Assembly (NCBI GenBank): GCA_964016885.1
Contig: OZ024745.1
Coordinates: 18,662,001 to 18,726,000 of the forward strand
Direction of reading: 5' to 3'
Length of the DNA: 64,000 nt
Origin: Eledone cirrhosa
Lineage: Eukaryota
Shown one piece after another: positions 13,900 to 27,400 of this stretch. The notes below the pieces were generated by a model, which was not told the origin of the DNA, made no database searches, and was given only the letters and a program-made list of their open reading frames with translations. The first letter of the stretch is position 1, and every line of letters starts with the position of its first letter. The translations under genes were made by a program, and so were the position numbers.

Positions 13900-16800
13900 T
13901 TGTTGGTGGTAATGTTGTGTTGATGTTGTTTTTGATGGTAGTGTTGTGTTGATGTTGTTAGTGATGGTAGTGTTGTGTTGATGTTGTTGGTGATGGTAGT
14001 GTTGTGTTGATGTTGTTGTTGGTGATGGTAGTGTTGTGTTGATGTTTTTGTTGGTGGTAGTGTTGTGTTGATGTTGTTATTGGTGATGGTAGTGTTGTGT
14101 TGATGTTGTTGTTGGTGATGGTAGTGTTGTGTTGATGTTGTTGGTGATGGTAGTGTTGTGTTGATGTTGTTGTTGGTGGTAATGTTGTGTTGATGTTATT
14201 GTTGGTGATGGTAGTGTTGTGTTGATGTTGTTATTGGTGATGGTAGTGTTGTGTTGATGTTGTTGTTGGTGGTAGTGTTGTGTTGATGTTGTTGTTGGTG
14301 ATGGTAGTGTTGTGTTGATGTTGTTGTTGGTGATGGTAGTGTTGTGTTGATGTTGTTGTTGGTGATGGTAGTGTTGTGTTGATGTTGTTGTTGGTGGTAG
14401 TGTTGTGTTGATGTTGTTGTTGGTTATGGTAGTGTTGTGTTGATGTTGTTATTGGTGATGGTAGTGTTGTGTTGATGTTGTTGTTGGTGGTAGTGTTGTG
14501 TTGATGTTGTTGTTGGTGATGGTAGTGTTGTGTTGATGTTGTTGTTGGTGATGGTAGTGTTGTGTTGATGTTGTTGTTGGTGATGGTAGTGTTGTGTTGA
14601 TGTTGTTGTTGGTGGTAGTGTTGTGTTGATGTTGTTGTTGGTTATGGTAGTGTTGTGTTGATGTTGTTGTTGGTGATGGTAGTGTTGTGTTGATGTTGTT
14701 GTTGATGGTAGTGTTGTGTTGATGTTCTTGTTGGTGATGGTAGTGTTGTGTTGATGTTGTTGTTGGTGATGGTAGTGTTGTGTTGATGTTGTTGTTGGTG
14801 ATGGTAGTGTTGTGTTGATGTCGTTGTTGGTGATGGTAGTGGTGTGTTGATGTTGTTGGTGATGGTAGTGTTGTGTTGATGTTGTTGTTGGTGATGGTAG
14901 TGTTGTGTTGATGTTGTTGTTGGTGATGGTAGTGTTGTGTTGATGTTGTTGTTGGTGATGGTAGTGTTGTGTTAATGTTGTTGTTGGTGATGGTAGTGTT
15001 GTGTTGATGTTGTTGTTGTTGATGGTAGTGTTGTGTTGATGTCGTTGTTGGTGATGGTAGTGTTGTGTTAATGTTGTTGTTGGTGATGGTAGTGGTGTGT
15101 TGATGTTGTTGTTGGTGATGGTAGTGTTGTGTTAATGTTGTTGTTGGTGATGGTAGTGGTGTGTTGATGTTGTTGTTGGTGATGGTAGTGTTGTGTTGAT
15201 GTTGTTGTTGGTGATGGTAGTGTTGTGTTGATGTTGTTGTTGGTGATGGTAGTGGTGTGTTGATGTTGTTGTTGGTGATGGTAGTGTTGTGTTGATGTTG
15301 TTGTTGTTGATGGTAGTGTTGTGTTAATGTTGTTGTTGGTGATGGTAGTGTTGTGTTGATGTTGTTGTTGGTGATGGTAGTGTTGTGTTGATGTTGTTGG
15401 TGATGGTAGTGTTGTGTTGATGTTGTTGGTGATGGTAGTGTTGTGTTGATGTTGTTGTTGATGGTAGTGTTGTGTTGATGTTGTTGTTGGTAATGGTAGT
15501 GTTGTGTTGATGTTGTTGTTGGTGATGGTAGTGTTGTGTTGATGTTGGTGATGGTAGTGTTGTGTTGATGTTGTTGGTGATGGTAGTGTTGTGTTGATGT
15601 TGTTGTTGATGGTAGTGTTGTGTTGATGTTGTTGTTGGTGATGGTAGTGTTGTGTTGATGTTGTTGGTGATGGTAGCGTTGTGTTGATGTTGTTGGTGAT
15701 GGTAGTGTTGTGTTGATGTTGTTGTTGGTGATGGTAGTGGTGTGTTGATGTTGTTGTTGGTGATGGTAGTGTTGTGTTGATGTTGTTGTTGTTGATGGTA
15801 GTGTTGTGTTAATGTTGTTGTTGGTGATGGTAGTGTTGTGTTGATGTTGTTGTTGGTGATGGTAGTGTTGTGTTGATGTTGTTGGTGATGGTAGTGTTGT
15901 GTTGATGTTGTTGGTGATGGTAGTGTTGTGTTGATGTTGTTGTTGATGGTAGTGTTGTGTTGATGTTGTTGTTGGTAATGGTAGTGTTGTGTTGATGTTG
16001 TTGTTGGTGATGGTAGTGTTGTGTTGATGTTGTTGGTGATGGTAGTGTTGTGTTGATGTTGTTGGTGATGGTAGTGTTGTGTTGATGTTGTTGTTGATGG
16101 TAGTGTTGTGTTGATGTTGTTGTTGGTGATGGTAGTGTTGTGTTGATGTTGTTGGTGATGGTAGCGTTGTGTTGATGTTGTTGGTGATGGTAGTGTTGTG
16201 TTGATGTTGTTGTTGGTGATGGTAGTGTTGTGTTGATGTTGTTGTTGGTGATGGTAGTGTTGTGTTGATGTTGTTGTTGGTGATGGTAGTGTTGTGTTGA
16301 TGTCGTTGTTGGTGATGGTAGTGGTGTGTTGATGTTGTTGGTGATGGTAGTGTTGTGTTGATGTTGTTGTTGGTGATGGTAGTGTTGTGTTGATGTTGTT
16401 GTTGGTGATGGTAGTGTTGTGTTGATGTTGTTGGTGATGGTAGTGTTGTGTTGATGTTGTTGTTGGTGGTAATGTTGTGTTGATGTTGTTTTTGATGGTA
16501 GTGTTGTGTTGATGTTGTTAGTGATGGTAGTGTTGTGTTGATGTTGTTGGTGATGGTAGTGTTGTGTTGATGTTGTTGTTAGTGATGGTAGTGTTGTGTT
16601 GATGTTTTTGTTGGTGGTAGTGTTGTGTTGATGTTGTTATTGGTGATGGTAGTGTTGTGTTGATGTTGTTGTTGGTGATGGTAGTGTTGTGTTGATGTTG
16701 TTGGTGATGGTAGTGTTGTGTTGATGTTGTTGTTGGTGGTAATGTTGTGTTGATGTTATTGTTGGTGATGGTAGTGTTGTGTTGATGTTGTTATTGGTGA

Positions 16801-19800
16801 TGGTAGTGTTGTGTTGATGTTGTTGTTGGTGGTAGTGTTGTGTTGATGTTGTTGTTGGTGATGGTAGTGTTGTGTTGATGTTGTTGTTGGTGATGGTAGT
16901 GTTGTGTTGATGTTGTTGTTGGTGATGGTAGTGTTGTGTTGATGTTGTTGTTGGTGGTAGTGTTGTGTTGATGTTGTTGTTGGTTATGGTAGTGTTGTGT
17001 TGATGTTGTTATTGGTGATGGTAGTGTTGTGTTGATGTTGTTGTTGGTGGTAGTGTTGTGTTGATGTTGTTGTTGGTGATGGTAGTGTTGTGTTGATGTT
17101 GTTGTTGGTGATGGTAGTGTTGTGTTGATGTTGTTGTTGGTGATGGTAGTGTTGTGTTGATGTTGTTGTTGGTGGTAGTGTTGTGTTGATGTTGTTGTTG
17201 GTTATGGTAGTGTTGTGTTGATGTTGTTGTTGGTGATGGTAGTGTTGTGTTGATGTTGTTGTTGATGGTAGTGTTGTGTTGATGTTCTTGTTGGTGATGG
17301 TAGTGTTGTGTTGATGTTGTTGTTGGTGATGGTAGTGTTGTGTTGATGTTGTTGTTGGTGATGGTAGTGTTGTGTTGATGTCGTTGTTGGTGATGGTAGT
17401 GGTGTGTTGATGTTGTTGGTGATGGTAGTGTTGTGTTGATGTTGTTGTTGGTGATGGTAGTGTTGTGTTGATGTTGTTGTTGGTGATGGTAGTGTTGTGT
17501 TGATGTTGTTGTTGGTGATGGTAGTGTTGTGTTAATGTTGTTGTTGGTGATGGTAGTGTTGTGTTGATGTTGTTGTTGTTGATGGTAGTGTTGTGTTGAT
17601 GTCGTTGTTGGTCATGGTAGTGTTGTGTTAATGTTGTTGTTGGTGATGGTAGTGGTGTGTTGATGTTGTTGTTGGTGATGGTAGTGTTGTGTTAATGTTG
17701 TTGTTGGTGATGGTAGTGGTGTGTTGATGTTGTTGTTGGTGATGGTAGTGTTGTGTTGATGTTGTTGTTGGTGATGGTAGTGTTGTGTTGATGTTGTTGT
17801 TGGTGATGGTAGTGGTGTGTTGATGTTGTTGTTGGTGATGGTAGTGTTGTGTTGATGTTGTTGTTGTTGATGGTAGTGTTGTGTTAATGTTGTTGTTGGT
17901 GATGGTAGTGTTGTGTTGATGTTGTTGTTGGTGATGGTAGTGTTGTGTTGATGTTGTTGGTGATGGTAGTGTTGTGTTGATGTTGTTGGTGATGGTAGTG
18001 TTGTGTTGATGTTGTTGTTGATGGTAGTGTTGTGTTGATGTTGTTGTTGGTAATGGTAGTGTTGTGTTGATGTTGTTGTTGGTGATGGTAGTGTTGTGTT
18101 GATGTTGTTGGTGATGGTAGTGTTGTGTTGATGTTGTTGGTGATGGTAGTGTTGTGTTGATGTTGTTGTTGATGGTAGTGTTGTGTTGATGTTGTTGTTG
18201 GTGATGGTAGTGTTGTGTTGATGTTGTTGGTGATGGTAGCGTTGTGTTGATGTTGTTGGTGATGGTAGTGTTGTGTTGATGTTGTTGTTGGTGATGGTAG
18301 TGGTGTGTTGATGTTGTTGTTGGTGATGGTAGTGTTGTGTTGATGTTGTTGTTGTTGATGGTAGTGTTGTGTTAATGTTGTTGTTGGTGATGGTAGTGTT
18401 GTGTTGATGTTGTTGTTGGTGATGGTAGTGTTGTGTTGATGTTGTTGGTGATGGTAGTGTTGTGTTGATGTTGTTGGTGATGGTAGTGTTGTGTTGATGT
18501 TGTTGTTGATGGTAGTGTTGTGTTGATGTTGTTGTTGGTAATGGTAGTGTTGTGTTGATGTTGTTGTTGGTGATGGTAGTGTTGTGTTGATGTTGTTGGT
18601 GATGGTAGTGTTGTGTTGATGTTGTTGGTGATGGTAGTGTTGTGTTGATGTTGTTGTTGATGGTAGTGTTGTGTTGATGTTGTTGTTGGTGATGGTAGTG
18701 TTGTGTTGATGTTGTTGGTGATGGTAGCGTTGTGTTGATGTTGTTGGTGATGGTAGTGTTGTGTTGATGTTGTTGTTGGTGATGGTAGTGTTGTGTTGAT
18801 GTTGTTGTTGGTGATGGTAGTGTTGTGTTGATGTTGTTGTTGGTGATGGTAGTGTTGTGTTGATGTCGTTGTTGGTGATGGTAGTGGTGTGTTGATGTTG
18901 TTGGTGATGGTAGTGTTGTGTTGATGTTGTTGTTGCTGATGGTAGTGTTGTGTTGATGTTGTTGTTGGTGATGGTAGTGTTGTGTTGATGTTGTTGTTGG
19001 TGATGGTAGTGTTGTGTTGATGTTGTTGTTGGTGATGGTAGTGTTGTGTTGATGTTGTTGTTGTTGATGGTAGTGTTGTGTTGATGTCGTTGTTGGTGAT
19101 GGTAGTGTTGTGTTAATGTTGTTGTTGGTGATGGTAGTGGTGTGTTGATGTTGTTGTTGGTGATGGTAGTGTTGTGTTAATGTTGTTGTTGGTGATGGTA
19201 GTGGTGTGTTGATGTTGTTGTTGGTGATGGTAGTGTTGTGTTGATGTTGTTGTTGGTGATGGTAGTGTTGTGTTGATGTTGTTGTTGGTGATGGTAGTGG
19301 TGTGTTGATGTTGTTGTTGGTGATGGTAGTGTTGTGTTGATGTTGTTGTTGTTGATGGTAGTGTTGTGTTAATGTTGTTGTTGCTGATGGTAGTGGTGTG
19401 TTGATGTTGTTGTTGGTGATGGTAGTGTTGTGTTGATGTTGTTGTTGTTGATGGTAGTGTTGTGTTGATGTTGTTGTTGGTGATGGTAGTGTTGTGTTAA
19501 TGTTGTTGTTGGTGATGGTAGTGGTGTGTTGATGTTGTTGTTGGTGATGGTAGTGTTGTGTTGATGTTGTTGTTGTTGATGGTAGTGTTATGTTGATGTT
19601 GTTGTTGGTGATGGTAGTGTTGTGTTGATGTTGTTGTTGGTGATGGTAGTGTTGTGTTGATGTTTTTGTTGGTGGTAGTGTTGTGTTGATGTTGTTATTG
19701 GTGATGGTAGTGTTGTGTTGATGTTGTTGTTGGTGATGGTAGTGTTGTGTTGATGTTGTTGGTGATGGTAGTGTTGTGTTGATGTTGTTGTTGGTGGTAA

Positions 19801-22000
19801 TGTTGTGTTGATGTTATTGTTGGTGATGGTAGTGTTGTGTTGATGTTGTTATTGGTGATGGTAGTGTTGTGTTGATGTTGTTGTTGGTGGTAGTGTTGTG
19901 TTGATGTTGTTGTTGGTGATGGTAGTGTTGTGTTGATGTTGTTGTTGGTGATGGTAGTGTTGTGTTGATGTTGTTGTTGGTGATGGTAGTGTTGTGTTGA
20001 TGTTGTTGTTGGTGGTAGTGTTGTGTTGATGTTGTTGTTGGTTATGGTAGTGTTGTGTTGATGTTGTTATTGGTGATGGTAGTGTTGTGTTGATGTTGTT
20101 GTTGGTGGTAGTGTTGTGTTGATGTTGTTGTTGGTGATGGTAGTGTTGTGTTGATGTTGTTGTTGGTGATGGTAGTGTTGTGTTGATGTTGTTGTTGGTG
20201 ATGGTAGTGTTGTGTTGATGTTGTTGTTGGTGGTAGTGTTGTGTTGATGTTGTTGTTGGTTATGGTAGTGTTGTGTTGATGTTGTTGTTGGTGATGGTAG
20301 TGTTGTGTTGATGTTGTTGTTGATGGTAGTGTTGTGTTGATGTTCTTGTTGGTGATGGTAGTGTTGTGTTGATGTTGTTGTTGGTGATGGTAGTGTTGTG
20401 TTGATGTTGTTGTTGGTGATGGTAGTGTTGTGTTGATGTCGTTGTTGGTGATGGTAGTGGTGTGTTGATGTTGTTGGTGATGGTAGTGTTGTGTTGATGT
20501 TGTTGTTGGTGATGGTAGTGTTGTGTTGATGTTGTTGTTGGTGATGGTAGTGTTGTGTTGATGTTGTTGTTGGTGATGGTAGTGTTGTGTTAATGTTGTT
20601 GTTGGTGATGGTAGTGTTGTGTTGATGTTGTTGTTGTTGATGGTAGTGTTGTGTTGATGTCGTTGTTGGTGATGGTAGTGTTGTGTTAATGTTGTTGTTG
20701 GTGATGGTAGTGGTGTGTTGATGTTGTTGTTGGTGATGGTAGTGTTGTGTTAATGTTGTTGTTGGTGATGGTAGTGGTGTGTTGATGTTGTTGTTGGTGA
20801 TGGTAGTGTTGTGTTGATGTTGTTGTTGGTGATGGTAGTGTTGTGTTGATGTTGTTGTTGGTGATGGTAGTGGTGTGTTGATGTTGTTGTTGGTGATGGT
20901 AGTGTTGTGTTGATGTTGTTGTTGTTGATGGTAGTGTTGTGTTAATGTTGTTGTTGGTGATGGTAGTGTTGTGTTGATGTTGTTGTTGGTGATGGTAGTG
21001 TTGTGTTGATGTTGTTGGTGATGGTAGTGTTGTGTTGATGTTGTTGGTGATGGTAGTGTTGTGTTGATGTTGTTGTTGATGGTAGTGTTGTGTTGATGTT
21101 GTTGTTGGTAATGGTAGTGTTGTGTTGATGTTGTTGTTGGTGATGGTAGTGTTGTGTTGATGTTGTTGGTGATGGTAGTGTTGTGTTGATGTTGTTGGTG
21201 ATGGTAGTGTTGTGTTGATGTTGTTGTTGATGGTAGTGTTGTGTTGATGTTGTTGTTGGTGATGGTAGTGTTGTGTTGATGTTGTTGGTGATGGTAGCGT
21301 TGTGTTGATGTTGTTGGTGATGGTAGTGTTGTGTTGATGTTGTTGTTGGTGATGGTAGTGGTGTGTTGATGTTGTTGTTGGTGATGGTAGTGTTGTGTTG
21401 ATGTTGTTGTTGTTGATGGTAGTGTTGTGTTAATGTTGTTGTTGGTGATGGTAGTGTTGTGTTGATGTTGTTGTTGGTGATGGTAGTGTTGTGTTGATGT
21501 TGTTGGTGATGGTAGTGTTGTGTTGATGTTGTTGGTGATGGTAGTGTTGTGTTGATGTTGTTGTTGATGGTAGTGTTGTGTTGATGTTGTTGTTGGTAAT
21601 GGTAGTGTTGTGTTGATGTTGTTGTTGGTGATGGTAGTGTTGTGTTGATGTTGTTGGTGATGGTAGTGTTGTGTTGATGTTGTTGGTGATGGTAGTGTTG
21701 TGTTGATGTTGTTGTTGATGGTAGTGTTGTGTTGATGTTGTTGTTGGTGATGGTAGTGTTGTGTTGATGTTGTTGGTGATGGTAGCGTTGTGTTGATGTT
21801 GTTGGTGATGGTAGTGTTGTGTTGATGTTGTTGTTGGTGATGGTAGTGTTGTGTTGATGTTGTTGTTGGTGATGGTAGTGTTGTGTTGATGTTGTTGTTG
21901 GTGATGGTAGTGTTGTGTTGATGTTGTTGTTGGTGATGGTAGTGGTGTGTTGATGTTGTTGGTGATGGTAGTGTTGTGTTGATGTTGTTGTTGGTGATGG
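13900..22000. repeat. Higher-order repeat, three copies, period 2.56 and 3.06 kb, each with an internal 488 bp duplication
   Basis: GTTCTTG (C at 14727, 17287, 20345). Paired GTAGCG at 15677/16165, 18240/18728 and 21298/21786, each pair 488 bp apart. Boundaries approximate. Confidence 0.88.
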
Positions 22001-24439
22001 TAGTGTTGTGTTGATGTTGTTGTTGGTGATGGTAGTGTTGTGTTGATGTTGTTGTTGGTGATGGTAGTGTTGTGTTGATGTTGTTGTTGGTGATGGTAGT
22101 GTTGTGTTGATGTTGTTGTTGGTGATGGTAGTGTTGTGTTGATGTTGTTGTTGTGTGATGGTAGTGTTGTGTTGATGTTGTTGTTGGTGATGGTAGTGTT
22201 GTGTTGATGTTGTTGTTGGTGATGGTAGTGTTGTGTTAATGTTGTTGTTGGTGATGGTAGTGGTTGTGTTGATGTTGTTGTTGGTGATGGTAGTGTTGTG
22301 TTGATGTTGTTGTTGGTGATGGTAGTGTTGTGTTGATGTTGTTGTTGGTGATGGTAGTGGTGTGTTGATGTTGTTGTTGGTGATGGTAGTGTTGTGTTGA
22401 TGTTGTTGTTGTTGATGGTAGTGTTGTGTTGATGTTGTTGTTGGTGATGGTAGTGTTGTGTTGATGTTGTTGTTGGTGATGGTAGTGTTGTGTTGATGTT
22501 GTTGTTGGTGATGGTAGTGTTGTGTTGATGTTGTTGTTGGTGATGGTAGTGTTGTGTTGATGTTGTTGTTGGTGATGGTAGTGGTTGTGTTGATGTTGTT
22601 GTTGGTGATGGTAGTGTTGTGTTGATGTTGTTGTTGGTGATGGTAGTGTTGTGTTGATGTTGTTGTTGGTGATGGTAGTGTTGTGTTGATGTTGTTGTTG
22701 GTGATGGTAGTGTTGTGTTGATGTTGTTGGTGATGGTAGTGTTGTGTTGATGTTGTTGGTGATGGTAGTGTTGTGTTGATGTTGTTGTTGATGGTAGTGT
22801 TGTGTTGATGTTGTTGTTGGTGATGGTAGTGTTGTGTTGATGTTGTTGTTGGTGATGGTAGTGTTGTGTTGATGTTGTTGGTGATGGTAGTGTTGTGTTG
22901 ATGTTGTTGGTGATGGTAGTGTTGTGTTGATGTTGTTGTTGATGGTAGTGTTGTGTTGATGTTGTTGTTGGTGATGGTAGTGTTGTGTTGATGTTGTTGT
23001 TGGTGATGGTAGTGTTGTGTTGATGTTGTTGTTGGTGATGGTAGTGTTGTGTTGATGTTGTTGGTGATGGTAGTGTTGTGTTGATGTTGTTGTTGTGATG
23101 GTAGTGTTGTGTTGATGTTGTTGTTGGTGATGGTAGTGTTGTGTTGATGTTGTTGTTGGTGATGGTAGTGTTGTGTTGATGTTGTTGTTGGTGATGGTAG
23201 TGTTGTGTTGATGTTGTTGTTGTTGATGGTAGTGTTGTGTTGATGTTGTTGTTGTGATGGTAGTGTTGTGTTATGTTGTTGTTGGTGATGGTAGTGGTGT
23301 GTTGATGTTGTTGTTGGTGATGGTAGTGTTGTGTTGATGTTGTTGTTGGTGATGGTAGTGTTGTGTTGATGTTGTTGTTGGTGATGGTAGTGTTGTGTTG
23401 ATGTTGTTGTTGGTGATGGTAGTGTTGTGTTGATGTTGTTGTTGGTGATGGTAGTGGTGTGTTGATGTTGTTGTTGGTGATGGTAGTGTTGTGTTGATGT
23501 TGTTGTTGTGATGGTAGTGTTGTGTTAATGTTGTTGTTGTGATGGTAGTGGTGTGTTGATGTTGTTGTTGGTGATGGTAGTGTTGTGTTGATGTTGTTGT
23601 TGGTGATGGTAGTGTTGTGTTGATGTTGTTGTTGGTGATGGTAGTGTTGTGTTGATGTTGTTGTTGGTGATGGTAGTGGTGTGTTGATGTTGTTGTTGGT
23701 GATGGTAGTGTTGTGTTGATGTTGTTGTTGTTGATGGTAGTGTTGTGTTGATGTTGTTGTTGGTGATGGTAGTGTTGTGTTGATGTTGTTGTTGGTGATG
23801 GTAGTGTGTGTTGATGTTGTTGTTGGTGATGGTAGTGGTGTGTTGATGTTGTTGTTGGTGATGGTAGTGTTGTGTTGATGTTGTTGTTGGTGATGGTAGT
23901 GTTGTGTTGATGTTGTTGTTGGTGATGGTAGTGTTGTGTTGATGTTGTTGTTGGTGATGGTAGTGTTGTGTTGATGTTGTTGTTGGTGATGGTAGTGGTG
24001 TGTTGATGTTGTTGTTGGTGATGGTAGTGGTTGTGTTGATGTTGTTGTTGGTGATGGTAGTGTTGTGTTGATGTTGTTGTTGGTGATGGTAGTGTTGTGT
24101 TGATGTTGTTGTTGGTGATGGTAGTGTTGTGTTGATGTTGTTGTTGGTGATGGTAGTGTTGTGTTGATGTTGTTGTTGGTGATGGTAGTGTTGTGTTGAT
24201 GTTGTTGTTGTGATGGTAGTGTTGTGTTGATGTTGTTGGTGATGGTAGTGTTGTGTTGATGTTGTTGTTGGTGATGGTAGTGTTGTGTTGATGTTGTTGT
24301 TGGTGATGGTAGTGTTGTGTTGATGTTGTTGTTGGTGATGGTAGTGTTGTGTTGATGTTGTTGTTGGTGATGGTAGTGTTGTGTTGATGTTGTTGTTGGT
24401 GATGGTAGTGTTGTGTTGATGTTGTTGGTGATGGTAGTG

Positions 24440-27400
24440 TTGTGTTGTTGTTGTTGGTGGTGGTAGTGTTGTGTTGATGTTGTTGTTGGTGGTAATGTTG
24501 TGTTGATGTTGTTTTTGATGGTAGTGTTGTGTTGATGTTGTTAGTGATGGTAGTGGTGTGTTGATGTTGTTGTTGGTGATGGTAGTGTTGTGTTGTTGTT
24601 GTTGTTGGTGGTGGTAGTGTTGTGTTGATGTTGTTGTTGCTGATGGTAGTGTTGTGTTGATGTTGTTGGTGATGGTTGTGTTGTGTTGATGTTGTTGTTG
24701 GTGATGGTAGTGTTGTGTTGATGTTGTTGGTGATGGTAGTGTTGTGTTGATGTTGTTGGTGATGGTAGTGTTGTGTTGATGTTGTTGGTGATGGTAGTGT
24801 TGTGTTGATGTTGTTGTTGATGGTAGTGGTGTGTTGATGTTGTTGTTGGTGATGGTAGTGTTGTGTTGATGTTGTTGTTGATGGTAGTGTTGTGTTGATG
24901 TTGTTATTGGTGATGGTAGTGTTGTGTTGATGTTGTTGTTGGTGGTAGTGTTGTGTTGATATTGTTGTTGATGGTAGTGTTGTGTTGATGTTGTTGTTGG
25001 TGGTAGTGTTGTGTTGATGTTGTTATTGGTGATGGTAGTGTTGTGTTGATGTTGTTGTTGGTGATGGTAGTGTTGTGTTGATGTTTTTGTTGGTGGTAGT
25101 GTTGTGTTGATGTTGTTATTGGTGATGGTAGTGTTGTGTTTATGTTGTTGTTGGTGATGGTAGTGTTGTGTTGATGTTGTTGGTGATGGTAGTGTTGTGT
25201 TGATGTTGTTGTTGGTGGTAATGTTGTGTTGATTTTGTTGTTGGTGATGGTAGTGTTGTGTTGATGTTGTTATTGGTGATGGTAGTGTTGTGTTGATGTT
25301 GTGGTTGGTGGTAGTGTTGTGTTGATGTTGTTGTTGGTGATGGTAGTGTTGTGTTGATGTTGTTGTTGGTGATGGTAGTGTTGTGTTGATGTTGTTGTTG
25401 GTGATGGTAGTGTTGTGTTGATGTTGTTGTTGGTGGTAGTGTTGTGTTGATGTTGTTGTTGGTTATGGTAGTGTTGTGTTGATGTTGTTGTTGGTGATGG
25501 TAGTGTTGTGTTGATGTTGTTGTTGATGGTAGTGTTGTGTTGATGTTGTTATTGGTGATGGTAGTGTTGTGTTGATGTTGTTGTTGGTGGTAGTGTTGTG
25601 TTGATGTTGTTGTTGGTGATGGTAATGTTGTGTTGATGTTGTTGTTGGTGATGGTAGTGTTGTGTTGATGTTGTTGGTGATGGTAGTGTTGTGTTGTTGT
25701 TGTTGGTGGTGGTAGTGTTGTGTTGATGTTGTTGTTGCTGATGGTAGTGTTGTGTTGATGTTGTTATTGGTGATGGTAGTGTTGTGTTGATGTTGTTGTT
25801 GGTGATTGTAGTGTTGTGTTGATGTTGTTGGTGATGGTAGTGTTGTGTTGATGTTGTTGTTGGTGGTAATGTTGTGTTGATGTTGTTTTTGATGGTAGTG
25901 TTGTGTTGATGTTGTTAGTGATGGTAGTGTTGTGTTGATGTTGTTGGTGACGGTACTGTTGTGTTGATGTTGTTGTTGGTGATGGTAGTGTTGTGTTGAT
26001 GTTTTTGTTGGTGGTAGTGTTGTGTTGATGTTGTTATTGGTGATGGTAGTGTTGTGTTGATGTTGTTGTTGGTGATGGTAGTGTTGTGTTGATGTTGTTG
26101 GTGATGGTAGTGTTGTGTTGATGTTGTTGGTGATGGTAGTGTTGTGTTGATGTTGTTGTTGATGGTAGTGTTGTGTTGATGTGTTATTGGTGATGGTAGT
26201 GTTGTGTTGATGTTGTTGTTGGTGGTAGTGTTGTGTTGATATTGTTGTTGATGGTAGTGTTGTGTTGATGTTGTGTTGGTGGTAGTGTTGTGTTGATGTT
26301 GTTATTGGTGATGGTAGTGTTGTGTTGATGTTGTTGTTGGTGATGGTAGTGTTGTGTTGATGTTGTTGTTGGTGGTAGTGTTGTGTTGATGTTGTTATTG
26401 GTGATGGTAGTGTTGTGTTGATGTTGTTGTTGGTGATGGTAGTGTTGTGTTGATGTTGTTGGTGGATGGTAGTGTTGTGTTGATGTTGTTGTTGGTGGTA
26501 GTGTTGTGTTGATGTTGTTGTTGGTGATGGTAGTGTTGTGTTGATGTTGTTGTTGGTGATGGTAGTGTTGTGTTGATGTTGTTGTTGGTGGTAGTGTTGT
26601 GTTGATGTTGTTGTTGGTGATGGTAGTGTTGTGTTGATGTTGTTGTGTTGATGGTAGTGTTGTGTTGATGTTGTTGTTGGTGATGGTAGTGTTGTGTTGA
26701 TGTTGTTGTTGGTGGTAGTGTTGTGTTGATGTTGTTGTTGGTTATGGTAGTGTTGTGTTGATGTTGTTGTTGGTGATGGTAGTGTTGTGTTGATGTTGTT
26801 GTTGATGGTAGTGTTGTGTTGATGTTGTTATTGGTGATGGTAGTGTTGTGTTGATGTTGTTGTTGGTGGTAGTGTTGTGTTGATGTTGTTGTTGGTGATG
26901 GTAGTGTTGTGTTGATGTTGTTGTTGGTGATGGTAGTGTTGTGTTGATGTTGTTGGTGATGGTAGTGTTGTGTTGTTGTTGTTGGTGGTGGTAGTGTTGT
27001 GTTGATGTTGTTGTTGTGATGGTAGTGTTGTGTTGATGTTGTTATTGGTGATGGTAGTGTTGTGTTGATGTTGTTGTTGGTGATGGTAGTGTTGTGTTGA
27101 TGTTGTTGGTGATGGTAGTGTTGTGTTGATGTTGTTGTTGGTGGTAATGTTGTGTTGATGTTGTTTTTGATGGTAGTGTTGTGTTGATGTTGTTAGTGAT
27201 GGTAGTGTTGTGTTGATGTTGTTGGTGATGGTAGTGTTGTGTTGATGTTGTTGTTGGTGATGGTAGTGTTGTGTTGATGTTTTTGTTGGTGGTAGTGTTG
27301 TGTTGATGTTGTTATTGGTGATGGTAGTGTTGTGTTGATGTTGTTGTTGGTGATGGTAGTGTTGTGTTGATGTTGTTGGTGATGGTAGTGTTGTGTTGAT

